The notes: generated by a model not told the origin, from the letters alone. A DNA stretch of 64,000 nucleotides from Nannocystales bacterium (GCA_050633305.1 JBOEGF010000014.1:447974-511973), one strand, 5' to 3'. Positions 1 to 10,313 are shown, numbered from the stretch's first letter. Numbers and translations are program-made.

Positions 1-1707
1 CCCAGCCGTCTCATCCCACTGTTGCGTCGGATGTTGGTGGACCCGCGGTTGCTCCTGCGCATCGTCGTCACCTCGCTGAGCCTGCGGTTGTTCGCCCTGT
101 CGGCACCGATCCTGACCGGGTTCGTGGTCGACCGGGTCGTGCCCCGAAACGACCGCGCAATGCTGTGGGCGGTGTTGGGAGGCCTGCTGTTGATGGTGGG
201 CTTTCAAGCCGTGTCCTCGCTGCTTCGGGGTCACCTGCTGCTCGTCCTGCGCAACCGCCTCGACGTCATGCTCAGCGTGGGGTTTCTCGGGCACCTCACG
301 TCGCTCCCGTACGCGTTCTTTCAGCGGCGCTCGTCGGGTGACTTGATGATGCGGGTCAACAGTCACGCGACGATCCGGGAGATGCTCACGACCAACACGC
401 TGTCGGCGCTGCTCGATGGCACGTTCGTCTTGGTCTACGTCGCCATCATCGTCAGCCTGAGTCCTGCGATGGCGGCTCTGGTGGTCGGGCTGGCGGGGCT
501 CCAGCTGGTCATCTTCCTCTCGTCCCGTGGGCGGTACCGCGACCTGGCCGCGCAGGAGCTGGAAACTCGGGCTGTCGCTCAGAGCCACCTCGTGCAGTTG
601 ATCGGCGGCATCGAAACGCTGAAGGCCCAAGGCTGCGAGCGTCGGGCTGTCCAGCGGTGGAACCACGCGTTCGTCGACGAGATCAATGTCTCGCTCGCGC
701 GGGGCCGGCTCGCTGTTCTCATCGAGGCGGCCACCACCGCGTTTCAGACCCTGGCGCCGCTTTCGGTCCTCGGGCTGGGCGCGTTTGAGGTGATGAACGG
801 CGGGCTCTCCCTCGGGACGATGCTGGCGCTCAGTGCTCTCGCGGCTGGCGTGTTGGGCCCGTTGCGTTCGCTGTTCGACAGCGCCCTGCAGCTGCAGGTG
901 CTTCGCGGATACGTCGATCGAATTGACGATGTGTTGCGGGTCGCACCGGAGCGCGATCACTCGACTGGACGCCCCGCCCCGCGGTTGCGCGGGTCGATCT
1001 CCCTGCGAAACGTCAGCTTCCGCTACCAGTCCGGAGGCGCCGCGGTCCTCGAAGACATCAACGTCGAGGTCGAGGCCGGGTCATGCGTGGCGATCGTCGG
1101 GTGCTCGGGTTCTGGAAAGTCGACGCTCGCCAAGCTCATGCTGGGGCTGTATGAGCCCGACGAAGGCCAGATCGAATACGACGGTCACGATCTGTCGGGT
1201 CTCGACTTGGGGAGCGTCCGCCGTCAGCTCGGCATCGTCATGCAGAGCCCGCACCTGTTCGGAGGATCGGTTCGCAGCAACATCGGTCTGGGTTCGCTCC
1301 GGGCAGAGATGGTCGATGTCCGTGCCGCGGCGGAGCAGGCTTGCATCCATCGCATGATCGAGGCGCTCCCGATGGGATACGAGACCATCGTGGGGGACGA
1401 CGGCGCTGCGTTTTCCGGGGGGGAGCGACAACGCATCGCGCTTGCCCGCGCCCTCGTGGGACGCCCGGCGATCTTGTTGTTGGACGAGGCGACCAGTGCG
1501 CTCGACACCGAAGCCGAGCGGGCGGTCATGGGGAACCTGGCGACGCAACGGGCGACCCGCGTCGTCATCGCGCACCGCATGAGTACCGTCGCGCAGGCGG
1601 ATACGATTCTGGTCCTCGACCGGGGACGGATTGTCGAGAGAGGCACGCACGAGTCGCTCATGGCTCAACGGGGTCGCTACTACGAGCTGGCAGGGGGTCT
1701 GTCGTGA
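1..1707 (+). CDS. Bacteriocin/type I secretion ABC transporter (PCAT/SunT/HlyB-like), 5'-truncated by the window
   Basis: Frame open from base 1; ABC membrane domain (FFQRRSSGDLMMR) then NBD with Walker A GCSGSGKS, signature FSGGERQR, Walker B LLLDEATSALD and IAHR. Any C39 domain would lie upstream of the window. Confidence 0.9.
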   Translation, partial: PSRLIPLLRRMLVDPRLLLRIVVTSLSLRLFALSAPILTGFVVDRVVPRNDRAMLWAVLGGLLLMVGFQAVSSLLRGHLLLVLRNRLDVMLSVGFLGHLTSLPYAFFQRRSSGDLMMRVNSHATIREMLTTNTLSALLDGTFVLVYVAIIVSLSPAMAALVVGLAGLQLVIFLSSRGRYRDLAAQELETRAVAQSHLVQLIGGIETLKAQGCERRAVQRWNHAFVDEINVSLARGRLAVLIEAATTAFQTLAPLSVLGLGAFEVMNGGLSLGTMLALSALAAGVLGPLRSLFDSALQLQVLRGYVDRIDDVLRVAPERDHSTGRPAPRLRGSISLRNVSFRYQSGGAAVLEDINVEVEAGSCVAIVGCSGSGKSTLAKLMLGLYEPDEGQIEYDGHDLSGLDLGSVRRQLGIVMQSPHLFGGSVRSNIGLGSLRAEMVDVRAAAEQACIHRMIEALPMGYETIVGDDGAAFSGGERQRIALARALVGRPAILLLDEATSALDTEAERAVMGNLATQRATRVVIAHRMSTVAQADTILVLDRGRIVERGTHESLMAQRGRYYELAGGLS

Positions 1708-2642
1708 CTCGGCGCGTGCTCTGGAACGCTCTTTGGCTCGTCGTTGCGGCGGGGGCCTGCAGGCCATCGGAGGGGCCGACAGAAGCAAGGAGGGGACAAA
1801 GCGGTCCCGAGTCCGGCCCCGTGGGCGCTGCAGACCCGCCTTCGAACGCTTTTCAGCCCGATGAAAGGTCCGAGGCCGACGGGTATGTCGCGGTCGTGGT
1901 CGCCCCGCGGGCCGTGGACCTCTCGGCGCCTGTTCGCGGCATCCTGGTGGAGCAGATGGCGACGCTCGGTCAAGAGGTGGCCACCGGTGATGTCGTTGCC
2001 CTCGTTCAGGCGCCCGCGTTGCCCGAGGAGATCGAGGCGGCTCAAGCGGCGCTCTCAGGGGCCAAGGCTGGGTTGAAGGGGGCCCAACTCGCGGTGTCCC
2101 AAGCCCGCCGGGAGACCCACCGTGAACGCGCTCTCGTCCAGCGCGGTGCCAGTACGACCGAAGCCCAGGACCGAGCGGAGGCGAAGCTCGAGAGCGCCCA
2201 AGCTGCGGTTCGGGAGCGAACGGCTCAGGTTGCAGAGCGCGGTGCCGACCTGCGGCGGCTGCGTGCACTGCGGGAGGCCGGCTACGTCCGCGCTCCGTTC
2301 CCGGGCCGGGTTGGGGCTTGGTTCGAGGCGCCGGGGTCGGTGGTCGGCCCCGATGATGCCGTGGTCCGACTCACCGCTGCCGAGCGGCTCTGGGTTCGCT
2401 TTGCGGTCCCTTCGACTGACGTGGACGCCGATGGTCTCGCCGTCGGCCGAGCGGTCACCGTGCATCCGGCCGGAGGCCTGCCGTCTGCCACCGCCACCAT
2501 TGCTCGTATCGCGCCCGAGCTCGACCTTGCGTCTCAGATGATCGTCGTCGAGGCTCGGTTGCACCCCTCGGCCACGATGCGTCCAGGATTGGCGGGGCGC
2601 GTACTGTTGGCCGCACCGACTCCCCCGGAAGCCCGTCCATGA
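1704..2642 (+). CDS. HlyD/RND-type periplasmic adaptor (membrane fusion protein), lipoprotein
   Basis: GTG overlaps the ABC stop (GTGA); signal ending VAAGAC; lipoyl-like halves LSAPVRG...GQEVATGD and VRAPFPG...GSVV around a coiled hairpin. Confidence 0.85.
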   Translation: MTRRVLWNALWLVVAAGACRPSEGPTEARRGQSGPESGPVGAADPPSNAFQPDERSEADGYVAVVVAPRAVDLSAPVRGILVEQMATLGQEVATGDVVALVQAPALPEEIEAAQAALSGAKAGLKGAQLAVSQARRETHRERALVQRGASTTEAQDRAEAKLESAQAAVRERTAQVAERGADLRRLRALREAGYVRAPFPGRVGAWFEAPGSVVGPDDAVVRLTAAERLWVRFAVPSTDVDADGLAVGRAVTVHPAGGLPSATATIARIAPELDLASQMIVVEARLHPSATMRPGLAGRVLLAAPTPPEARP

Positions 2643-3574
2643 ACCGACCTCTCGTTCTTCTCTCCACCGCGACCCTCCTGTGTGCGGTCTCGTGTGCCAA
2701 GCCAGTCCGGTCGGTCGCCGCGCTCGACCCTGTCGCTCCGGACCCCGATCCCGTCGCAGCTGAACCCGGACCCATCGCCGACCCCGCGGCGGCGGAATCA
2801 CCGATCGACTGCGGTGCCCCCATTGAGGGGTCCGAGCCGTTGCTCGAACCGGGACGACTCATCCTCATGGGAGAGCTGCACGGCACCACGCAGATACCGA
2901 TGTTCGTCGCCGAGCTCTCCTGCAAGGCCGCGCGGTCGGGCACCGCAGTCCGACTTGGTCTCGAGATCCCACGCGCGGAGTCCTCCGCCGTGGCCGCATT
3001 TCTGGCGTCCAACGGCGACGAGGCGGCTCTTGCAGCCCTGACCGCTGGTTCACACTGGACACGTCCGGACCAAGACGGTCGAAGCAGCGTCGCCACCGTG
3101 TCCGTGCTCGAGCATGTCCGGCGCTGGCGCAATGCAGGCCTGGAGATCGTGCCGTTTGCGTTCGATGTCGACGAGCACGGGGCGTGGAACGAGCGGGACG
3201 CGTCGATGGCCGCGGAGATTCTCAAACACTCCACGGCCGACCCGGACGCGCTGGTCCTCGTGCTGTCCGGCAACCTGCACAACCGCACGAGCGTTGGCTT
3301 GCCGTGGGACCCCGAAGCGGTGCCGATGGGAGTGAGCATCGCGGGCGCACGTCCGGACATGCTGAGCCTCGACGTCCGATATCGAAAAGGAACCGCGTGG
3401 ATCTGCGCTCCCCAATGTGGTGTCGCCGAGATCGGCGGCAGCCAGGCAGCCCCGGGCGAGACAGAGCGTTCGGTCGCTCTGTTTGAGAGTCCGAACGAGT
3501 TCGGGCACCACGGGGTGTTCACCGTCGGTGCGGTCGAAGCCGCCGTACCCGCTGTGGCAGGGGAGTCTGGATAG
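2639..3574 (+). CDS. Lipoprotein, EreA/ChaN-like hydrolase fold
   Basis: ATGA overlap with upstream gene; lipobox AVSC; motifs MGELHGT, LGLEIP, RDASMA, LSGNLH. Confidence 0.6.
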   Translation: MNRPLVLLSTATLLCAVSCAKPVRSVAALDPVAPDPDPVAAEPGPIADPAAAESPIDCGAPIEGSEPLLEPGRLILMGELHGTTQIPMFVAELSCKAARSGTAVRLGLEIPRAESSAVAAFLASNGDEAALAALTAGSHWTRPDQDGRSSVATVSVLEHVRRWRNAGLEIVPFAFDVDEHGAWNERDASMAAEILKHSTADPDALVLVLSGNLHNRTSVGLPWDPEAVPMGVSIAGARPDMLSLDVRYRKGTAWICAPQCGVAEIGGSQAAPGETERSVALFESPNEFGHHGVFTVGAVEAAVPAVAGESG

Positions 3575-3598
3575 GAGGTCAGCCGGGTGGGCCGTGGA

Positions 3599-5677
3599 TC
3601 AGCGCGGTGGTGCGATGTCGTTCATCCACGGCATCGGTTTCAGCCCGGGTCCGCGAGCTTGGGTGCTCACCCAGTCATCGTCGAGGCGCTCGAAGTTCTC
3701 GGTGATGACCTCGGCGTAGCTGGACACGAACCCGCGGTAGGCGATGCCGTCGATCCTGACCTCGATCAGCTGCGGAAATCCGGTGGCGGCGTGCAGCACC
3801 TTGCCCACCAGATTTCCGAGGTCATCCGTGGGTTGAGTGTGCACATCGACGATGGTCGGGCGGTGGAACTTGGCGGACTCGTTTCGGTAGTAGATGTCTG
3901 CCAGCCACCCGCCGACCGTGTACGAGACGTCGGACCCGGACCCGACCCTCTCGCCGTGGATCGACACCGCGTGATTGACGAAATCGAGGTGGTCGGGGGT
4001 CATCGGGAGGCCCTGCCGCTCGTTGCTCGCAATCTGGCGTAGCGTGCTCATCACGGCGGCCAGGCGTTCGAAGTACTGCTTCATCGCGCCGTCGTCGTCG
4101 AGTTGGAGGTCGTCGGCAAGCGTTTTGCCATGCTCCGCAAACACGACGAGTCGGGCAAAAAACTCCGGGTAGGGATCGACGTAGGCCTTCGGGTAGCTAC
4201 ACCCTGCGATCACGGTGACCGACTGTTTGGCGTAGAGGATTGTGTCGTGGCGTCGCTCCGCCCAAGATGCGAGCTGCGTGTTGAGGACCCGGCGCCGCCA
4301 CGCAGGCGAGGTCATCACCTTCGGGAGACCCGTGGGTGCCTGTCCAGAGAGCGTGCGCAGGGCATCGAGCCAGAGGTGCGACATGCTTCCTTCCCACAGT
4401 CCGGGCCCTGCCGCGTCGAACTCTCGCTCCATGCGTTCGAGTGTCGGGCGTAGCGCGGGGTAACGTTCGTACTCGGCCGCCAGAAGTGTGTCGGCCTCCG
4501 GGTTCCCAAAGATCGCGGCTGCGATGTCCAGAGTGTTGGGCATCATCCGCATCGCGCGCTCGGGTTCGACGATCGGGAGACTGTCGTAGCTGGTCGTGCT
4601 CAGGAGATGACTGTCCGCGATGTAGCGCTGACCGAACACCCACAGGGGGATCGTTTTCTCCTCCTGCCGCACCATCTGCGTGTTGATGCGCTGTTGCGAG
4701 AGCGGCCCCAGCGTGTTCAGAATCTGAGCGGCGTCGAGACTGCCGACGGATTCCCACGTCAGGCCGATCGTCTTGGCGGCGCCTGCGAACTGCGGCAGCG
4801 ACATCGAATCCGCCGGCCCAACCATGAGCTGGGTCGCGCGGTCGATCCGGGCCCAGGCCTGCTGCGCTCGGGGAGTTTGAGACTCCCACAGTACCAGCGC
4901 ACCCGCGAGGGCTTCCCGTTTGACCTCCAGCGGCCCTGGCCCGTCAGTATGTGCGAGCCGAAGTTCGATGCGCCCTAGCCAAGACAGCGCACGAAAATAC
5001 CGCTCCAGCTCAGGGCTACGGGTGTAGTGGCCCCGTGGCTTCATCATCGAGAAGTCGACCAGCATCGGCTCCCCAAACAAGTGTATCTCCTTCGCACCTT
5101 CAGCCGCGATCGCAGCTTCGGTGAACTCGCGAACTCGCTGCGGATCTGCTCCCGCCACTGGGGCGACGGCGCCACCGTTGAGCAAACCCTTTGCCACCGA
5201 GACGATGAGGTCGACCTCGGCTCGCGCTTGTCCTGAACTCCCCGCGTGCTGGGGGAGCTGGTCTCGAAGCTCATCGAGAAAGACGCGGAGTTCGCCGATG
5301 AGAACCTCATGCTCGAGATCGATCAGAATGTCGTCGAACGAGGCATGAACCGCATGGAGTACGGCGTCCGCGGTGATGTAGACCGGCTGGTCCTCCTCGA
5401 ACAGGGCCGAGTAGCCGAAGTGAAAGCTCGGTGCGGTCACCGACGGGACGATGACGAAGCCGTTGTCTTCCGCGGCCCGGCTGGCGACATCGGAAAGCGG
5501 CGCAGTGGCTTCTGCCTTGGTCTTGTCCAGCAGCTGAAGCGGTGCCGCGTCTCCTCCCGTTCGCCGCTGGAGGACCTTGCCGCTGCATCCGAAACCGATG
5601 CAAGCGCTGAGAGCCGACCCTACGGCGAGTGACCGACGCACCCCTTGACTATGGACACGTGAGTCCCTGGCCTTCAA
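3599..5677 (-). CDS. DUF3160-family protein (probable lipoprotein)
   Basis: Motifs YITADAVLH, DFSMMKPRGHYT, LNTQLASWAERRHDTILYAKQS, YVDPYPEFF; start uncertain. Confidence 0.85.
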   Translation of the reverse strand: MKARDSRVHSQGVRRSLAVGSALSACIGFGCSGKVLQRRTGGDAAPLQLLDKTKAEATAPLSDVASRAAEDNGFVIVPSVTAPSFHFGYSALFEEDQPVYITADAVLHAVHASFDDILIDLEHEVLIGELRVFLDELRDQLPQHAGSSGQARAEVDLIVSVAKGLLNGGAVAPVAGADPQRVREFTEAAIAAEGAKEIHLFGEPMLVDFSMMKPRGHYTRSPELERYFRALSWLGRIELRLAHTDGPGPLEVKREALAGALVLWESQTPRAQQAWARIDRATQLMVGPADSMSLPQFAGAAKTIGLTWESVGSLDAAQILNTLGPLSQQRINTQMVRQEEKTIPLWVFGQRYIADSHLLSTTSYDSLPIVEPERAMRMMPNTLDIAAAIFGNPEADTLLAAEYERYPALRPTLERMEREFDAAGPGLWEGSMSHLWLDALRTLSGQAPTGLPKVMTSPAWRRRVLNTQLASWAERRHDTILYAKQSVTVIAGCSYPKAYVDPYPEFFARLVVFAEHGKTLADDLQLDDDGAMKQYFERLAAVMSTLRQIASNERQGLPMTPDHLDFVNHAVSIHGERVGSGSDVSYTVGGWLADIYYRNESAKFHRPTIVDVHTQPTDDLGNLVGKVLHAATGFPQLIEVRIDGIAYRGFVSSYAEVITENFERLDDDWVSTQARGPGLKPMPWMNDIAPPR

Positions 5678-5728
5678 CCGCGGTGGGGCGAAACTTCGGA
5701 GGCTCGGTGGGCGCGCGCCGCGACACCG

Positions 5729-6370
5729 TCAGTTGGGTTCGAGCTCGGACTCGAGCACCCACCCGTGGCTGAGGCCGGGGCAGATGTCGTTGAACTCCTT
5801 GAACAGCCTGGAGCGCTCTTGGTCCAGCCCCTTGGCAGAACCGGGGGGCACGAAGTCGCAGACCTCGGCTTGGTTTGCGATGAACGTGCACCGAAACGAG
5901 CTGAGGACCGCCTCCGAATCCAGCGCATGCTCTGCGAACCGGTCGCGTAGGTCCGACACGCGGGAGTCGGGAAGTTCGAGTGATTCGAGGGCTTCGGCAA
6001 ACTCGCCGCTCACCCTCGCCAGGATCTCAAACTCCTCCAGGACGTCCCGGCTGCGCTCGATGTGCACGCCCCGGGCGTTGGGATCGGCGCCCAGATAGTG
6101 GCCGATCGCTTCGTCGAGTTCCACGCATGACGCGATATTCTGCTCAAGTCCCTCGAACGTCTGCAGCACGCCCCGGGCGAACAGGGCGCCACAGCTCAAC
6201 ACGACGACGCCGACCAACCACAGGGGCAAGCTGTTGCTTTTCCCTCCGGTGGTCTGCTGGCGGAAGTCGTGGCCTGGCCCGGGTTGCCGCTGCGACGCTT
6301 GCTCTCGGCGAATGCGCTCGGCGGGAGGAACGTAGCCGGGACCGAAGTTCGGAGGGAGATGCTTGCTCAT
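5729..6370 (-). CDS. Single-pass membrane hypothetical protein, paralog of 14525-15211
   Basis: GGAG upstream of ATG; N-terminal FGPGYVPPAERIRR, one TM helix, Cys-containing helical ectodomain. Confidence 0.7.
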   Translation of the reverse strand: MSKHLPPNFGPGYVPPAERIRREQASQRQPGPGHDFRQQTTGGKSNSLPLWLVGVVVLSCGALFARGVLQTFEGLEQNIASCVELDEAIGHYLGADPNARGVHIERSRDVLEEFEILARVSGEFAEALESLELPDSRVSDLRDRFAEHALDSEAVLSSFRCTFIANQAEVCDFVPPGSAKGLDQERSRLFKEFNDICPGLSHGWVLESELEPN

Positions 6371-6397
6371 CGTGTGCTCCAAGAGCGTCGTTCGGAG

Positions 6398-7234
6398 CTA
6401 CATCGGGCAGCAGGACATGTCGTTCTCGTCTGTCCCGCACCAATCGTAGCCGACCTCGCACGCGCACTCCTCCCCATCGTCGTAGCTGAACGATCCACGC
6501 GACCCGCATTCGACTTCGTCTTCGTAGCTCATCGATGACAACCCCGAGAGGAATACGAGTCCGGCGGCGAGGCTCGTCAAGAATGGGGCTCGGGCCGCGT
6601 GCCATCGCATAACGACGAATAAGAAGTATGCCGGCCAGAAGAATAGCGCTGCGACCGCCCACAGCCCTCCACCCACCTCCGCGATGGCGGAGAGCATCCA
6701 AACGAAACAGACGAACTGCATGATCGCGGCGAGGATCACAATGGCTGTCGTCACGCTCCCGAGGGCATCACCGAACGCTAGGAGCAGGAGTGTCACTGGG
6801 ACCGCGATGAGGTACGCCCAACTCACGACGCCGAGCGACGAGCCGCGAGGTGCGGGTTCCATTCGCTCGATGGGGTGGCTTGGTGGTGGAGGACGCGGCG
6901 CAGCGGGCTTCGGGAGCGCGTATGCTGCGTCGAAGTCGACCGCCAAGGCTGGACCGTCGGCCCCGCGTCCACGTTGAGGCGCATTTGGCATTCGCTCGGC
7001 TCGCGCGACGACACCGCAGCGCCGGAGCGCATCGACGTAGGTCTGCGACTTCGCCTGGTCGAGGTCTTTCTTGACCACTTCACGACCACCGCGGAGAAGA
7101 TCGGCTGCTGTCGCCTCTGGGAGGCCAAATCGCTGGACGAGCGCAACAGTGGCCTGTTCGGTGTTGTGCCCCGGGAGCAAGGTGCCATCGACGACGACTT
7201 CGTACGCCATGGATGAGGTGGGGTATCCGTTCAT
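6398..7234 (-). CDS. Membrane protein: small N-terminal alpha/beta domain (L7/L12 C-terminal-like), about 4 TM helices, Cys-rich C-terminal tail
   Basis: GGAGG RBS before ATG at 7234; VVKKDL...YVDALRRCG; hydrophobic helices; tail CGSRG...CACEVGYDWC...SCCPM. Confidence 0.7.
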   Translation of the reverse strand: MNGYPTSSMAYEVVVDGTLLPGHNTEQATVALVQRFGLPEATAADLLRGGREVVKKDLDQAKSQTYVDALRRCGVVARAERMPNAPQRGRGADGPALAVDFDAAYALPKPAAPRPPPPSHPIERMEPAPRGSSLGVVSWAYLIAVPVTLLLLAFGDALGSVTTAIVILAAIMQFVCFVWMLSAIAEVGGGLWAVAALFFWPAYFLFVVMRWHAARAPFLTSLAAGLVFLSGLSSMSYEDEVECGSRGSFSYDDGEECACEVGYDWCGTDENDMSCCPM

Positions 7235-7374
7235 CGTCCTGCCTCCTGGAGATGCACCCGGCGGTCCTACGCGAGCGCGGTTACAATGACCCCAAACCTG
7301 GGCAGTGTCCAGGCGCGCCTTCGGCTGGGGACGGGGCCAGTCACGGGCCGGTCGACCGACCGGATCTGTGGTGA

Positions 7375-7647
7375 TCACTCCGGTGTCGATTCGAGGATGA
7401 TCTCTGCGTCCTGGGGGACGCGGATGGAGCCTGCGTGCCATGGAGTGGAGACTCGACCGAGCCGGGCTGCGGCGCGCCGGTCGACTGCGATGGCCCTCCT
7501 TTCCAGAACGACCTCGACGGCCAGCTTGGCGCGTTCTTCCAGTGTGGCGGCTCGCCACCGATCGGCAGCTCGCCTTGCACGTACGTGGAACCTGGCGTGT
7601 TCGAGTCCGCGGCATCTGGCTGCATCTGCGATGGAGTCGACGAATAG
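7375..7647 (+). pseudogene. Probable C-terminal remnant of a Cys-rich secreted protein
   Basis: After an in-frame TGA (7372-7374) the frame reads RCRFEDDLCVLGDADGACVPW...CICDGVDE*; no signal peptide. Confidence 0.35.
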
Positions 7648-7699
7648 ACAAAGAGAGCGTCGCAGTGATCCGGTTCGACGGTGGATGGGCTCCCCAACC

Positions 7700-8242
7700 A
7701 TGAGAACGAAATCAAACCGCTCTTTGTCTCTTCTGTCTTTGGCCGCATCTATGGCGCTCGTACTCGGAGGTTGCGACGACGCCGAGGGTGAAGACTCCAT
7801 CGCACGTCAGTTCGTTGCACCGCTGGTCGAGGCGGGGCTGGATGCCGACAGCTCAGAGATGGACGACGCGATCGACCTCCTGATGGCGGCGGGGGCCGAT
7901 CCATCCTCCGATGTGACCGAGCGCCTTTCCGGCGAGGCGCTTGAGCTTGCCGCAGAGGAGCTCGATGAAGCAGAGCTGGCGCTCACGGCCGAGTCGGCCG
8001 AACTTGATCGGCTTCGCTCTGGCGCGTTCTCGAAGACAGGGTATGGCGCAAGTCACCTCTGGTGTTCCTTGGCCGGGATGTCCACGGCCCGAATCCGGGC
8101 GCAGAGGGATGCCGACGCCAGGGCGCAGGCCACATGTGGAAATGCAGCCGCGCTGTCGATCCCTGGAACGCAGCAGGTCTCGTACTCCGAACCAAACAAC
8201 CGCTGCAGAGCGGCCTACACGCGCATGTATTCGTGCCTCTGA
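7700..8242 (+). CDS. Hypothetical lipoprotein
   Basis: Signal MRTKSNRSLSLLSLAASMALVLGGC; acidic helical region; 4-Cys C-terminal domain. Confidence 0.7.
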   Translation: MRTKSNRSLSLLSLAASMALVLGGCDDAEGEDSIARQFVAPLVEAGLDADSSEMDDAIDLLMAAGADPSSDVTERLSGEALELAAEELDEAELALTAESAELDRLRSGAFSKTGYGASHLWCSLAGMSTARIRAQRDADARAQATCGNAAALSIPGTQQVSYSEPNNRCRAAYTRMYSCL

Positions 8243-8267
8243 ACGCGGGCGCTCCCGGGTCGAAGGC

Positions 8268-8294
8268 GAGACGGGCCCGAGCGCGGCCCGTCTC
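8268..8294. terminator. Hairpin between convergent genes
   Basis: GAGACGGGCC-7 nt-GGCCCGTCTC, perfect 10-bp stem; no U-tract. Confidence 0.45.
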
Positions 8295-8319
8295 CCAAGG
8301 CTGGTGGGCCCAGCGATGA

Positions 8320-9579
8320 TCAGCCACCATGTTTGTACAGCTGTAGCTGGCTCTCGGTCGCCCATGCAGTGACGCCACACTCGGGGATCGAGGCGACGAT
8401 CGGAGCCTCGCTGCTGCTGAAGGGCCACGGCGTCTCCGAGAAGTCGTCGATGAGGGTGTACACGTCCGCCTGGCTGTCGAACTCGTAGAGCAGGTGCTGC
8501 TCGCCTGCCATGAACAGGTAGCGATCGGTCAGCGGATCGACGGTCAGCAAGTCGACCCGAATCCCGAAACCGATCGGCGCATCCGACATTCGATGCACCT
8601 GCGCATCGGCGTCGACCCGGATCACGACAGTCCCGGTGTCGTTGCCGCCCGCGAGCAGGACCTCTCCCAGTCCAGGGTTGTCTCGACCCAACGAGTGGTG
8701 GCCGCTGACGTCAAAGTCTCCGTACTCTTGCCAGGCGCGTGTCTGTGGGTCGTAGAGTCGAAGCCCGCCGTCTCGGCTGTAGTTCAGTAGCTCGTCGCGC
8801 GCCGAGAACCATTCGATGATCGCGGTCAGCTGAGGGTCCACGCCTTCGGGCAACACGCTCCACGACTCGTCCTCGATGTCGAAGCGATGGACGTCCGTCT
8901 GCAGGTGATAGAAGTGCCCCCGCGAAGTGTCGAGTGCATTGCGGGCATAGATGTGTCCGAACGCGTTGTAAAACGGCGGGCCCGCGTAGTCCGGTACGGT
9001 GTCGTCCAGCCCGACGTCGCTCCACATGTGGTCCTGCGCCGAGTACCGCACGAAGCGACGGGTCTGCCTCAGCCCCATGAAGTAGATCTCCGACGTGCCG
9101 GGGTTCCACTGCGCGTCGTCGGACCACGTCGCGATGTCCAGGCCTCCGACCGAGCCATTCTCGGGATGCACATAGGGCGGTGCCCATTGCAGCTCGCCGA
9201 GGCCCGGTCCGACCTCGGCCCAGCTCCGGTTTGGCATCGATGCCGCGACGCGACCGAGTACCGTATCCCCGCAGTCGAGGGTGGTGCCTCCACTCGACGA
9301 ACTCTCGCTTTCGGTCGCCTGCCCGGTTGAGGTGCTCGCGCTCGAGGCTGAGGAACTGGACGAGCCGCTCGTCCCCGCCTCCGCGGTCGTGGAGGGCCCA
9401 GCGCTGCCCTGTGAGGCCGCGTGGGTCCCCGTCCCCGAGCCTTCCGTGCCCTCCGTGGTGCCTGCTCCCATTCCAGCGTCGTCGTCACCGCAGCCGGGCA
9501 CGAGCAGCGCCAACGCCAGGGGCAGTAAACATCGAAGGTGTCGAAAAACCGGGGAACGTGCGTGATGTTGTGTCGTCAT
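8320..9579 (-). CDS. Lipoprotein with Ser/Thr linker and probable beta-propeller (Kelch-like)
   Basis: Lipobox LVPGC-GDDD; S/T/G linker; repeated YDP...W/FD...W blade-like motifs. Confidence 0.75.
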   Translation of the reverse strand: MTTQHHARSPVFRHLRCLLPLALALLVPGCGDDDAGMGAGTTEGTEGSGTGTHAASQGSAGPSTTAEAGTSGSSSSSASSASTSTGQATESESSSSGGTTLDCGDTVLGRVAASMPNRSWAEVGPGLGELQWAPPYVHPENGSVGGLDIATWSDDAQWNPGTSEIYFMGLRQTRRFVRYSAQDHMWSDVGLDDTVPDYAGPPFYNAFGHIYARNALDTSRGHFYHLQTDVHRFDIEDESWSVLPEGVDPQLTAIIEWFSARDELLNYSRDGGLRLYDPQTRAWQEYGDFDVSGHHSLGRDNPGLGEVLLAGGNDTGTVVIRVDADAQVHRMSDAPIGFGIRVDLLTVDPLTDRYLFMAGEQHLLYEFDSQADVYTLIDDFSETPWPFSSSEAPIVASIPECGVTAWATESQLQLYKHGG

Positions 9580-9863
9580 GGCTTCGTGTCGCGGAGTCAG
9601 GCGCGAGGTTTTCGGGAGCCTACCTGCGCGGCGTCTCGAGCGAGACCTCTGTGCTGCGCAAACACGGACAAGTTCGAGCGGTGCCCTCAGGTCGAGGGCC
9701 ACATCCCCCGCACGGACCCCAGGAAGGGGGCTCCCTGCGGTGTCTGTAAGCACCATCATCTTCGACGAGCTAGGGTGCTCGTAGACTCGCGCCCCCATCC
9801 CCCGGGAACCCGCTTGGACCTTGCCCGTCAGCTCGAATCCTGCCGCGGCTCTTCGCGGGGATC

Positions 9864-10313
9864 CTAGTCGAGCGCCGACGCAGCCAGAGGTCGGTCGTCG
9901 TCGTGGGTCACGGGGATGCAGCCGGCTTCGGAGCCACACTTGAGGCAGCCGCCTCCACAGTCGCCGGGTGCCATGACGACCCTGCACCGCGCGCAGACGA
10001 AGAACGGCACGTCTCTCGTTCTCACGACGGCCTTGAGGGCGTCGCTCGCCAGGGATTGAGGCGGCGGAGTTTGAACATCGAACTCGCGGGCCAGTCGAGC
10101 TTCGTTGCTGAACAGTCGAGCCAAACAATAGAACATGTACGCGATGCCGACTCCGAGCAGCCCGAGGCCCAGCCAGCCGATGGGGGGCAGGATCCGCGCG
10201 GCGAGCAGACCAAGTCCGAGAAGGAGCGCGGCAACACCACCGGTATGTCCGTGCGCATCGAGCTTCCGCAGCGGATAGCATTCTCTACGCCAACCCGGGT
10301 TCGGCCGCGACAT
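9864..10313 (-). CDS. Small membrane protein with C-terminal zinc-ribbon-like motif
   Basis: Two TM helices, then CARC...C...CLKC...C; start uncertain. Confidence 0.65.
   Translation of the reverse strand: MSRPNPGWRRECYPLRKLDAHGHTGGVAALLLGLGLLAARILPPIGWLGLGLLGVGIAYMFYCLARLFSNEARLAREFDVQTPPPQSLASDALKAVVRTRDVPFFVCARCRVVMAPGDCGGGCLKCGSEAGCIPVTHDDDRPLAASALD

Noticed and set aside
1341..1703. N-terminal extensions in the ORF track (also 7286, 7651, 10281, 26817, 28550, 30312, 49919, 50857, 55572 starts)
   Set aside because: They overlap neighbouring genes or precede clear signal peptides and RBSs; shorter starts were chosen.
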